From the NCBI RefSeq assembly GCF_000007225.1, contig NC_003364.1:690001-722000 (forward strand): a DNA stretch of 32,000 nucleotides, in the 5' to 3' direction. The notes below the pieces were generated by a model. It made no database searches. It was not told where the DNA came from and saw only the letters and a program-made list of their open reading frames with translations. Position 1 is the first letter of the stretch; each line of letters begins with the position of its first letter. Of this stretch, positions 1 through 8,046 are shown in pieces. The position numbers were made by a program, and so were the translations under genes. Source of the stretch: Pyrobaculum aerophilum str. IM2. GTDB taxonomy: Archaea; Thermoproteota; Thermoprotei; Thermoproteales; Thermoproteaceae.

Positions 1-2819
1 TTGCTGTAGAGCTCGTCGACGAAGCTCTTCACTGCGTTCAGCCAGCCGTTGTTGCGGATGGCGATAATGCCGTCGGTGTAGAGCTGGACTTTCCATCCGG
101 TCCCCTCTACGTATTTAACCTCCGCCTCGCCACCAAGGGCCCTAATGATAGAGGCTAACTGTTGGGCATTTTCGCGGGAGCCGCCGAATTGGGCATAAAG
201 CTCATCGCCTCTCCAATACACGGTTATGTACGTCGCCTCCTTTCCACCAAGCTTAAAGCGAATTATGGCCTTTGGCCACTGACCGCTTGTGTCTAACGGC
301 CCCCTCTCCACTGTGACGTTTCTATAGATGTAGTCTTCAACTATTGTGACAACTTCCTCTAGCTTTTTGAAAAACATTTCGTTCTTCATGTCATACGCCC
401 AGTTAATGTCGAATTTCCTTTTGACCAACTCACGCGTAACAACTTCAAAAGCGTCGGCGAATTCTGCCAGGGCGTCCCTCAGCCCGTACAGCGTGGGTAA
501 CGCTGGGACAAGCGCCTTCAGTAGCTCGTTCAGCCCGTTGCCTCCGAAGACAATATGGCGAGCATTTGTGCTTCTACGCACTGAGCTTGGCTTAAAGCCG
601 AGCTCCCTCAGCGCCCAGAGCCAGAACACAGTGAAGTGATCGCGAGTCATAAGGGGCTTCTCCTCTTGCTCGGGACCGCCAACGATAAGTCGGATTTCGC
701 CTCTATATACAGCCCCGTCGTACAGCATGGCGAAAATCACCGCAAGGGCCGCCTCCTCTCTCGGTAACTCACCCCTCTTGTACGCCTCCACGGCATATGC
801 TAGCGGGAGGAGGACGCGTAGGTACTTGCCCAGCCTGTCCACGGCCTCTTTATCGCCGTTTTTCTCAGCCTCACTCCACCGCGTTAACAGCTCTTCAACG
901 CGGCTCCAGAACTCGCCAGCGGCGGCCTCCAAGGCGACCTTTAATTCATTACTCATTTTAACATCAGCCAGGGCCGTCCTTAGATCAACGTTTATTTTAA
1001 CGTCAGCTGGCGTTGCCTTCAGATCAACGCCGCCTTCTGACTGCTGGTTAAGTGCTGTGTTCTTTAGCTTTTCAAGCGCGGCGCGGCCTACACTCAGCAC
1101 CTCGCGCACCGTCTCAGTGTACTTGCCATCAACGCGCCATGCTGGCTTCAGTCCCTCCTCGGAGGGGTATACTCTTTCGAGGCTTATCTTGCCCTTAGCC
1201 AGCGCCCGGTAGGTAAAAGCTTGTGACAGGTAAGTGGAAGAGCAACGAACGAACTTACGTCCATGTAATAGAGTGACGTCAGTAGGCAATGCGCTAATCA
1301 CAATTATCTTTTTTATTATACTTACTGTTTCTATCATTTTCTTCCACCTCTTCTCGTCCAATTCAGCTAGCAGTTGAGAGCCAGAAGAAACAGCCTCTAA
1401 CAAACTATACACTTCCTTTATCTGTTTTATTATCTCTCCCTCAACCCTAAGTGGCGTCAACCATTTGCCAGCTTTACAAGTTGTCTTAAGGAGATTGTGG
1501 CCTTCTTTGTCTACAAACGTGATATAGATGTACTTTTTATTGTTTTCTTCTTTCTTCTCCATATGCATTTCTACGTTTTGTCGTTTGGTTAGTTCTGTTT
1601 TGATAAATGGATCTGAGAACAAAGAGATGATGTGGAGAACTAATTTGCGGTTCTCAGACGGCTTCTCCCTACCGATTAACTTGAACATATTATAGAAGCT
1701 CCTCGGTGCGTTCCTGAGGGCTGAGACGATGCTTAGGATGCTGGTCGTCCGTCCGCCCCTCTCCGCCAGCGCCCTCTCCACAGTGACGCCGAATAGGCCG
1801 CCAGTTACAAGCGATAGCAGAGCGGCCACTGCCCTCTCTCCTCTAGTGGCGTCTATGTTGGAAAGGTCGTCATGTGTTGCTTCCAACAGTGCTGTTACAT
1901 TTTCCGTAGTCACTTTTAGCCTTTCGGCAATACCGCTGACTCCGGCATCCTCCAGCTTGTATGAAATTGTGTTGAACTCTTTGGCAATTTCTTCCGCTCT
2001 CTTCCTTGCCTTCGCCTCAGCCTCTGCCAGTGCGTTCAAGTCGTTCCAAAAGTCGTCTAGGGTAAATTTACCGCTATTTACAGCGTCCTCCAGTCTTTCA
2101 AGCGCTCTATATACTCTATCCCTCAGCTCTACAAACTCCCTCAAGTGGTTTAATAGCGTGAAGGAGGCTATTAAATACGCCACCTTGTCATCGTCATCTT
2201 CAAAGACCTTTACGCTCTTGCCGGTCTCCCTAGCGCCAAGTACTGCCAGAGCCCAAAGCGCCGCGGGATCTCTTTGCTCATACCACGCCTTAGAGGCCTC
2301 CTCAAGGGCCTTTTTGTAGTTGGCGGCTTTCATCGCCTGCACATAACTAGCCAGGCGCCTTAACTCTAACACTGCATTTTCTATTTGCTTCTCATCCATC
2401 GCGTGTCTCAGCGTTGAGAAGGCGCTTACCGCCTTCTCCACAACGCCTTTGTCAAGGCCTAGCTGGGCGGCGCGCTCTACAATCTCTTTCTCGCTTGCTG
2501 TTTTTGTCAATACCGCATTCCCTACTTCCTTCCACTTATCGCCAACGCCAGCCGCCTTTGCCAGTCCCGCTATCGCCCCGGCGTTAAGCGCTATGTGGTT
2601 CTGCCAAAGCGTGTAGTCCAATTGCTGTGCTGCAAGCCAGCTTATTAGCCCGGCCGCCGCGGCGGCCATTATGAACCAATGCGCTCTTACGTAGTCAAGG
2701 ACTCTCGCCACCGCCTCTACAAACAGCTCGTAAAGCCTCTGCAACGTTATTCTCGCCTTTTCGAATACCTCCCTCGCGGCTTCATACGCCGCCTCGGCGG
2801 CCCTTCTTACGTACTCCAC
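1..2819 (-). CDS. Large repeat-family protein, copy 1 (PaREP2b-like by recollection). It is 3'-partial (runs off the window start) and its 5' end is degenerate.
   Basis: Hand translation of the minus strand is open for 939 codons, from GTG 2819..2817 down to position 3 (VEYVRRAAEAAYEAAREVFEKARITLQRLYELF ... GWKVQLYTDGIIAIRNNGWLNAVKSFVDELYS). It is collinear with + strand ORFs 20914..21942 plus 21986..24982. It is not in the supplied ORF track, presumably because no stop codon falls inside the window. An in-frame TAA lies at 2897..2895, and there is no ATG before 2671. Confidence 0.8.
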   Translation of the reverse strand, partial: MEYVRRAAEAAYEAAREVFEKARITLQRLYELFVEAVARVLDYVRAHWFIMAAAAAGLISWLAAQQLDYTLWQNHIALNAGAIAGLAKAAGVGDKWKEVGNAVLTKTASEKEIVERAAQLGLDKGVVEKAVSAFSTLRHAMDEKQIENAVLELRRLASYVQAMKAANYKKALEEASKAWYEQRDPAALWALAVLGARETGKSVKVFEDDDDKVAYLIASFTLLNHLREFVELRDRVYRALERLEDAVNSGKFTLDDFWNDLNALAEAEAKARKRAEEIAKEFNTISYKLEDAGVSGIAERLKVTTENVTALLEATHDDLSNIDATRGERAVAALLSLVTGGLFGVTVERALAERGGRTTSILSIVSALRNAPRSFYNMFKLIGREKPSENRKLVLHIISLFSDPFIKTELTKRQNVEMHMEKKEENNKKYIYITFVDKEGHNLLKTTCKAGKWLTPLRVEGEIIKQIKEVYSLLEAVSSGSQLLAELDEKRWKKMIETVSIIKKIIVISALPTDVTLLHGRKFVRCSSTYLSQAFTYRALAKGKISLERVYPSEEGLKPAWRVDGKYTETVREVLSVGRAALEKLKNTALNQQSEGGVDLKATPADVKINVDLRTALADVKMSNELKVALEAAAGEFWSRVEELLTRWSEAEKNGDKEAVDRLGKYLRVLLPLAYAVEAYKRGELPREEAALAVIFAMLYDGAVYRGEIRLIVGGPEQEEKPLMTRDHFTVFWLWALRELGFKPSSVRRSTNARHIVFGGNGLNELLKALVPALPTLYGLRDALAEFADAFEVVTRELVKRKFDINWAYDMKNEMFFKKLEEVVTIVEDYIYRNVTVERGPLDTSGQWPKAIIRFKLGGKEATYITVYWRGDELYAQFGGSRENAQQLASIIRALGGEAEVKYVEGTGWKVQLYTDGIIAIRNNGWLNAVKSFVDELYS

Positions 2820-2875
2820 TGCCCTCTCAAAGGCCCCCTCCCTCGCCAGCCGCCGTGCTGATGTACAAGGCAGTT

Positions 2876-2901
2876 GTGGAGGGAGAGGGGAAGATTAGGC
2901 C
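2876..2901 (+). repeat. Purine-rich junction motif, instance A (GTGGAGGGAGAGGGGAAGATTAGGCC)
   Basis: It matches 9763..9789 at 23 of 27 positions with one gap. It sits where homology of large-gene copy 1 to copy 2 ends, immediately before ATG 2902. Confidence 0.6.
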
Positions 2902-3822
2902 ATGAAAACACTACTTGACTTTTTGAAAGAGGGCGCTGAGGACCGCGTTGAGAGCGTTGAGGCCCGCGCGCCGTGTAAGCGGGTTAAACTGCCAGAGGCC
3001 TTTGAACTGCCGCGGAGGTTTGGCGTCTCGTGGGGGTGCCTGACGCAGAAAGCCTTTAGGGGTGTGGACGCCGTTGTGGCTGAGGGAGGAGCGAAGGGGG
3101 TGCGTTTCCGCTACGTGTTGCCATACGACGCTGAAATGGGCTATTACGCAACGTACAAAAGGCGCGAAGAGAGGGAGGAAAAGAGCGACAGACTACCGCA
3201 GTATTTCGCGGATGCCCTATACGAGCTGGCGGCTAAGTACCAAATTGAAATTACCCGCGATATTTACGTCCTTGTAAACGGCGCGGAAGTGGACAAGACC
3301 GTGTGTTATCAAAAGCGGAGCGCAGAGGCATGCGCCCGCGCCATAGAGGAGTACATAAGGGACGAGTGGCCCCGCGTATTGGAGTGGCGTAGGAAGAAGG
3401 AGGAGGAGCGGAGGAGGCTTGACCTGAAAAGCCAAGTCATGGCCGCCCTTAAGGACTGGTACCGCAGATGTTTTAAGTGGCCCATCATGCCGGGGGAGGA
3501 GGGCAAATTAGTGAAGCGGCTAGAGCTTTACTACGGAATGTGCGAAATGGCTAAGGCCGTAATCGCCGAATACGGCGAAAAATACGCCGAGCCTCTAATC
3601 AGCGAGTATGCCCTTAGGCGCGCATTTTGGTGGGAAGGGGAGTGGAGGGGAAAGCCCATGTCGTGTTTCGTGACGGAGAAAAAGGCTGTGTGTAAAGTAG
3701 GCGATAAGATGGCAACGTTTTATGTATTTGACACGCCCCACGGCGTGTACCTAAGGCCAGAAATCAAGCTTGTAGACGACTGGATTAAAGTGGCGCATAG
3801 AGGAAATGAGAGTCAAGGCTAA
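2902..3822 (+). CDS. Small repeat-family protein, full-length copy (PaREP2a-like by recollection), 306 aa
   Basis: ORF in the track. It is paralogous to 19547..20389 (-), and its C-terminal 90-125 aa recur at 14053..14322 and 20379..20756 (motif [39 protein letters not shown]). It is divergent from large copy 1. Confidence 0.8.
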   Translation: MKTLLDFLKEGAEDRVESVEARAPCKRVKLPEAFELPRRFGVSWGCLTQKAFRGVDAVVAEGGAKGVRFRYVLPYDAEMGYYATYKRREEREEKSDRLPQYFADALYELAAKYQIEITRDIYVLVNGAEVDKTVCYQKRSAEACARAIEEYIRDEWPRVLEWRRKKEEERRRLDLKSQVMAALKDWYRRCFKWPIMPGEEGKLVKRLELYYGMCEMAKAVIAEYGEKYAEPLISEYALRRAFWWEGEWRGKPMSCFVTEKKAVCKVGDKMATFYVFDTPHGVYLRPEIKLVDDWIKVAHRGNESQG

Positions 3823-3832
3823 AATATTTATA
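3821..3832 (+). promoter_or_regulatory. TATA-like box for rps5
   Basis: AAAATATTTATA is centred about 27 nt upstream of in-frame GTG 3854. It overlaps the stop codon (3820..3822) of the small repeat gene. Confidence 0.55.
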
Positions 3833-3853
3833 CGTCCATTGTTTGCCACGTAC

Positions 3854-4462
3854 GTGAGCGTCATCGATTTAAGTCTTTGGGAGCCTCGTACAGAGCTGGG
3901 GAGAATGGTGAAGGAGGGGAAGATCAGGACAATTGACGAGATATTTGCCAATAACTATATCATAAAAGAGCCTGAGATTGTAGATATCTTATTGCCTGGG
4001 CTGAAACAAGAGCTCCTTAATGTAAATCTAGTGCAAAGGCAGACTCACGCCGGCGAGCGCAACCAGTTTCAGGCAGTCGTCGCAGTGGGGAACGAGGATG
4101 GTTATGTTGGAGTCGGCATTGGAAAAGCCAGGCAAGTAAGACAGGCCATTGAAAAAGCCACTAGGGAGGCGAAGCTCAATCTCGTGCCAGTTAGACGCGG
4201 ATGCGGCTCGTGGAAGTGCTCATGCGATGAGCCTCACAGCGTGCCGTTTGTGGTGAGGGGGAAGTCCGGTAGCGTGGAGATCACCCTAATCCCAGCTCCG
4301 AAGGGCGTTGGGCTTGTGGCCGGCGATGTGGCCAAGGCGGTGCTTAGGCTGGCGGGGATAAAAGACGTGTGGACAAAGACCCGGGGAGACACGAGGACTA
4401 CTCTTAACTTCGCCATGGCAGTATACAACGCCCTGAGAAACACCTATTACTTTAAGATATGA
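3854..4462 (+). CDS. rps5: 30S ribosomal protein S5 (uS5)
   Basis: The translation has the typical uS5 core ([42 protein letters not shown] ... [17 protein letters not shown]). I moved the start from the track's ATG 3806 to GTG 3854 on TATA spacing. The 3806 extension overlaps the upstream gene. Confidence 0.9.
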   Translation: MSVIDLSLWEPRTELGRMVKEGKIRTIDEIFANNYIIKEPEIVDILLPGLKQELLNVNLVQRQTHAGERNQFQAVVAVGNEDGYVGVGIGKARQVRQAIEKATREAKLNLVPVRRGCGSWKCSCDEPHSVPFVVRGKSGSVEITLIPAPKGVGLVAGDVAKAVLRLAGIKDVWTKTRGDTRTTLNFAMAVYNALRNTYYFKI

Positions 4463-4995
4463 TGGCGCAACAGGAAAAGGTTGTATACCCCCGCTACGCC
4501 GTAATTAGGCTGAGGGGCATACCCACAACTCCTAGGGATATCGCCGTAACGCTTGACTTGCTAAGACTCAGGAGGAAGTTCACAATGGTTGTGGTTAAGG
4601 GAAGTCCCAGCGTGATGGGGATGATACAGAAAGTAAATGACTGGGTTACTTGGGGCGAAATAGACGCCGACACTCTCGCCGAGGTTTTGCGGAAGCGGGG
4701 GAGGATCGTCGGCGACAAGCCGCTTACTCTTGAATACCTCCAGAAGTGGGGGTGGCACTCTTTTGAGGAGATTGCTCTGGCGTACGTGGCCGGGGAGATA
4801 GATTCGCTGTCATGCGGCAAAAAGATGAGAATAAAAGAGGGAGAGAGGCCGCCGTGCATTCCCTATTTAAAGCCGTTTTTCAGATTGCACCCGCCCCGCG
4901 GCGGCTTAAACAGCGTTAAGCTACACTTCTCAGTTGGCGGCGATTTGGGGTACAGAGGCCCCCTAATTAATGATTTAATCCGCCGAATGCTTTAA
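4459..4995 (+). CDS. rpl30: 50S ribosomal protein L30 (uL30)
   Basis: Archaeal L30 pattern: [53 protein letters not shown]. The ATGA start/stop overlap with rps5 indicates an operon. Confidence 0.85.
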   Translation: MMAQQEKVVYPRYAVIRLRGIPTTPRDIAVTLDLLRLRRKFTMVVVKGSPSVMGMIQKVNDWVTWGEIDADTLAEVLRKRGRIVGDKPLTLEYLQKWGWHSFEEIALAYVAGEIDSLSCGKKMRIKEGERPPCIPYLKPFFRLHPPRGGLNSVKLHFSVGGDLGYRGPLINDLIRRML

Positions 4996-5931
4996 ACATT
5001 TCTGTAGAGCCGCCTTAATTCTAGCCGCAGTCTCCTCGGGAGTAGTGTCCAGTGTAAATAGCGACGCTCCCAACTCGGCGCCGGCTGCATGTTTAAGCTT
5101 CCCGTCTGGCCTATACATGCCGTATATTTCAAAGTGTAAGTGGTAGTACTGCGTTGGCCGTGGAAGCGGCGCTTGGTGGAGCACCATTATATAGGGCATT
5201 GGTATCCCCGCCACTTGTTTTAAGGCGCATAGCGTTATTTTCAACGCCTCGGCTAAATCCGCCACCTCCTCGTCTGTTAACTCAGTGAGCAGGCTTCTGT
5301 GCCTCTTGGGGTATATGTGGACTTCGTGGGGCCATTTCGCATAAAACGGCACAAACGCCTTCCAATTGCGGTTTTGGAAGACAAGGCGTTTTTCCTCTTT
5401 TTCTACAATGCGGCAGTGGAGGCACGAGCCGTGTTTTACATACCACTCGTAGGAGGCTTGAAGCTCTGCGCGGACTCTTGGGGGAACCACCGGAAGTATG
5501 TATATTTGAGAGTGTGGGTGGGTGAGGGAGACTCCAATCTCCTTACCCTTGTTTCTAAAAAAGAGGAAGTATGCGGCGTTGCCCTCTTTCTCGGCTTTTC
5601 TCTGAGCCTCAGCCACCGCCGTCAAAATCTTTTTTATTTGGCCTAGGGGCAAGTCGCTGAGGTCGTCAACATCGTGTTGAGGGGTTTCCACCACTACTAG
5701 CGAGGAGCCGCGCGCGGGGATTACCTCATATAAATCTTCGGCTGTCGGCTCTGGGGGGTTTTCCGTAACCACGGGGTATCTATTTGGGAGTATTAGCACG
5801 TCCCACCCGCGGCCGGTCTCGGGGGCGCCGGGGCAGAAGGGGCATGCGCCCTCTGGTTGCCAGGGGCGTTTAAGCCTGTGGGGCGAGACTAAGATATACT
5901 CCCCCGTGAAGGGGTCTTTCCTAATCTCCAT
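4975..5931 (-). CDS. galT: Galactose-1-phosphate uridylyltransferase (HIT superfamily)
   Basis: CPFCPG zinc motif, SPHRLKRPW, and the active-site signature HPHSQIY (the HxHxQ of GalT). It overlaps the galK stop by 11 nt. Confidence 0.85.
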   Translation of the reverse strand: MEIRKDPFTGEYILVSPHRLKRPWQPEGACPFCPGAPETGRGWDVLILPNRYPVVTENPPEPTAEDLYEVIPARGSSLVVVETPQHDVDDLSDLPLGQIKKILTAVAEAQRKAEKEGNAAYFLFFRNKGKEIGVSLTHPHSQIYILPVVPPRVRAELQASYEWYVKHGSCLHCRIVEKEEKRLVFQNRNWKAFVPFYAKWPHEVHIYPKRHRSLLTELTDEEVADLAEALKITLCALKQVAGIPMPYIMVLHQAPLPRPTQYYHLHFEIYGMYRPDGKLKHAAGAELGASLFTLDTTPEETAARIKAALQKCLKHSAD

Positions 5932-7042
5932 ATTTAAGCCCTTCGTCTACTTCAACGGCCCACCACTTCACGGCGCTTGAGCGCCTTCCTATTTTCTCGG
6001 CGGTTTCTCTATTGGGAGCCAAGGCGATTACTACGCCTCCAAGACCTGCGCCTGAGAGCTTAGCCCCATATGCGCCGGCGTTTACAGCCTCTTCTACTAG
6101 GCGATCTAACTCCGGCAACGACACGTCGTACAGCTCGGATAGGAGTCTGTGCTGTAGCAACATCTCGGCGCCTACTTTTCTCAAAATCTCCTCTGTCGGC
6201 AAGTCTCTGCGTTTTAAATATGCAAGCGCCCTTTCGGTGGATCTCTGCATTTCTAAAGTGAAGAGTACTCTTTCCCTCAAGGGGCTTGGCAATTTTTCCA
6301 CTGCATTGGGCTTGTCGTATAACACGCCCCAGGGGAAGTCCCAATACCCCTCGCTGTAAATGCCCAGCTCTGCCTTTAACATCTCCACGGCTTGTTGAAG
6401 TTCCGCCTGCCGTTTTGAGTGTACCTCAGCGGTGCTGTGCCGAACGCCGCTGTCTAACACGACAAAAACTCCTCCCGGCATTTCCAACGCCTCTACTCTC
6501 ACCGGGGGCTTAGGGTGTATCACGGCTACTTTCCCAAAGGCGGAGCCGTATTGGTCAAGCCTCCCGCACGGCACGCCTAAGATCTCCCTTTCAGCCACAT
6601 AGGCCAGCTCGGCCACAGTGGCTCTGTCAGCCTCGCGATTAGCGAGCCTCAACGCGGCTGCTATTAAACTTACTAACAACGCGGCGCTACTGGCCATCCC
6701 AGCCCCTATGGGTATGTCGGAGCGGACCACTGACTTAAAGCCCCTGAGGTAAACGCCGTGTTTCCACAGCGCCAGGACTGCCGCCTTTACGTAATCACAG
6801 AAGGTCCTCCCGGCGATTTGCGGGTCTTGGAAAATGCACTTCTCTCCTGTGTTTAACGACTCTATTTCAAAGACCTTGGACGCCTCCATTTCCACCCGCG
6901 TCCTCATGTTCACAGCCACAGAGACCACGGGCAGGCCTTTATAGTCCTGGTGGGTGTTTAAAAAGTCCAGCCGGCCCGGGGCAGAGGCCTTTACCAAAGC
7001 CTCCACACTAATACGGCCGCTATTGCAAACATTAAAACCCAC
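5921..7042 (-). CDS. galK: Galactokinase-like GHMP kinase
   Basis: GHMP motif PIGAGMASSAALLVSL, an N-terminal APGRLDFLNTHQDY resembling the galactokinase signature, and C-terminal KLSGAGLGG. The alternative start GTG 7006 would cut the overlap with the upstream gene from 52 to 16 nt. Confidence 0.8.
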   Translation of the reverse strand: MGFNVCNSGRISVEALVKASAPGRLDFLNTHQDYKGLPVVSVAVNMRTRVEMEASKVFEIESLNTGEKCIFQDPQIAGRTFCDYVKAAVLALWKHGVYLRGFKSVVRSDIPIGAGMASSAALLVSLIAAALRLANREADRATVAELAYVAEREILGVPCGRLDQYGSAFGKVAVIHPKPPVRVEALEMPGGVFVVLDSGVRHSTAEVHSKRQAELQQAVEMLKAELGIYSEGYWDFPWGVLYDKPNAVEKLPSPLRERVLFTLEMQRSTERALAYLKRRDLPTEEILRKVGAEMLLQHRLLSELYDVSLPELDRLVEEAVNAGAYGAKLSGAGLGGVVIALAPNRETAEKIGRRSSAVKWWAVEVDEGLKYGD

Positions 7043-7587
7043 ATGACTGGATTTGACCTAATCACCTTGTTGCCGTCTAGTGGGGGCAAGGGCAGTAGGT
7101 TAAATAACGCAAGCCACGCGTTTATATAGGCGAAGAAATGCCAGAAGTAAGATTGCGTGGCTGTCAATAATGCCAGTCCCAAGATGGCGAAGGCTATATT
7201 GGCGAGAGGCCCAGCCGCCGCTATGAAAAACATGTCGCGTTTCTCATCTCCCTGCCTATACAACCTATACGGCGACACTACCACGGACCCAGGCGCGGCG
7301 AATACGAAGCCGAAGAGTAGAGGGAAGATTATCGCCAGAGGAAGTAAGTAATAGTCTGCTTTATACATGGCGAAGTACCCAAGCCTCTTCGCCACTTCTC
7401 TATGCGCCAATTCGTGGCCAATAAAGGCAAAGAGGAGTACAAACGCTACATAGGGCATTAACGACAGAACTCTAGACCAATTCAACCCGCGGGCCATGTC
7501 GCCGGAGAGAGCTATTGAAAATCCCAGAGTTAATACTAACAAAGATATCGCCATGTCAATAAGCTCTTGTCTCCTCTCCTCATACAC
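6991..7587 (-). CDS. M50 (site-2 protease type) membrane metalloprotease
   Basis: HELAHR (HExxH) lies in a hydrophobic context together with NLLPLPPLDGNK (the NxxPxxxLDG motif). There are several hydrophobic helices. The start is a GTG with a TATA box 7605..7616. Confidence 0.7.
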   Translation of the reverse strand: MYEERRQELIDMAISLLVLTLGFSIALSGDMARGLNWSRVLSLMPYVAFVLLFAFIGHELAHREVAKRLGYFAMYKADYYLLPLAIIFPLLFGFVFAAPGSVVVSPYRLYRQGDEKRDMFFIAAAGPLANIAFAILGLALLTATQSYFWHFFAYINAWLALFNLLPLPPLDGNKVIRSNPVMWVLMFAIAAVLVWRLW

Positions 7588-7604
7588 GTTTCTCTCGAAT
7601 TCCA

Positions 7605-7616
7605 GATTTATAAATC
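7605..7616 (-). promoter_or_regulatory. TATA-like box for the protease-galK-galT cluster
   Basis: The A/T box (+ strand GATTTATAAATC) is centred about 24-26 nt upstream of GTG 7587. Confidence 0.5.
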
Positions 7617-7720
7617 ATTGCAACAGTAAATGTCGCCGCTCGCGAGCTTGCACAGCGGAAGTAACTCCAAATGCTATTGCAACTTATAGGGCCTCTGGCC
7701 ATTTCGCCTTTCAGAGCCGC

Positions 7721-7951
7721 CTATATCATCCTTGTCAGAATCTTAATTGCCCTGTCAACATCGCGCCGGGAGATGAGGTAGACGCCAGGCTTGTGTCTAA
7801 CCGCAACGCCCCGCTCAACAAGCGCGTTTAATATCTTCCTCACCTCGGCGTTGCAACTGCGATCTACCCCGCAGAGATCTACTATTCTCACAGCCACTAC
7901 TGTTCCACGTTCTTTCTTCTTGAAGTGAAGGTAATATATAAGCGCAGACAT
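7721..7951 (-). CDS. Small putative winged-helix DNA-binding protein (76 aa from ATG 7951; the track ORF starts at GTG 7963)
   Basis: VRIVDLCGVDRSCNAEVRKILNALVERGVAVRHKPGVYLI reads like helix-turn-helix plus wing. No family was recognised. Confidence 0.4.
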   Translation of the reverse strand: MSALIYYLHFKKKERGTVVAVRIVDLCGVDRSCNAEVRKILNALVERGVAVRHKPGVYLISRRDVDRAIKILTRMI

Positions 7952-8046
7952 TTGCTTGAACACGTTATTAATAAGTCAGTTAAAAGCAACTGCTGTGTCG
8001 GCTCCGCAGACGGTAAGAACTCTATATATACCCGTCGTTTAGAGCC

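Noticed and set aside
346-2861. Plus-strand track ORFs 346..639, 727..1212, 1729..2319 and 2679..2861. The mirror-image minus-strand ORFs inside 21037..23541 belong to the same group.
   Set aside because: They are low-complexity Ser/Leu/Ala/Thr-rich translations lying antisense to a long conserved reading frame. The same antisense ORFs appear opposite both large-gene copies, as expected for shadow ORFs in GC-rich coding DNA.
3806-3853. The ATG 3806 start for rps5 given by the ORF track.
   Set aside because: The extension ([16 protein letters not shown]) overlaps the upstream gene and contains the TATA-like box itself. GTG 3854 fits the promoter spacing.
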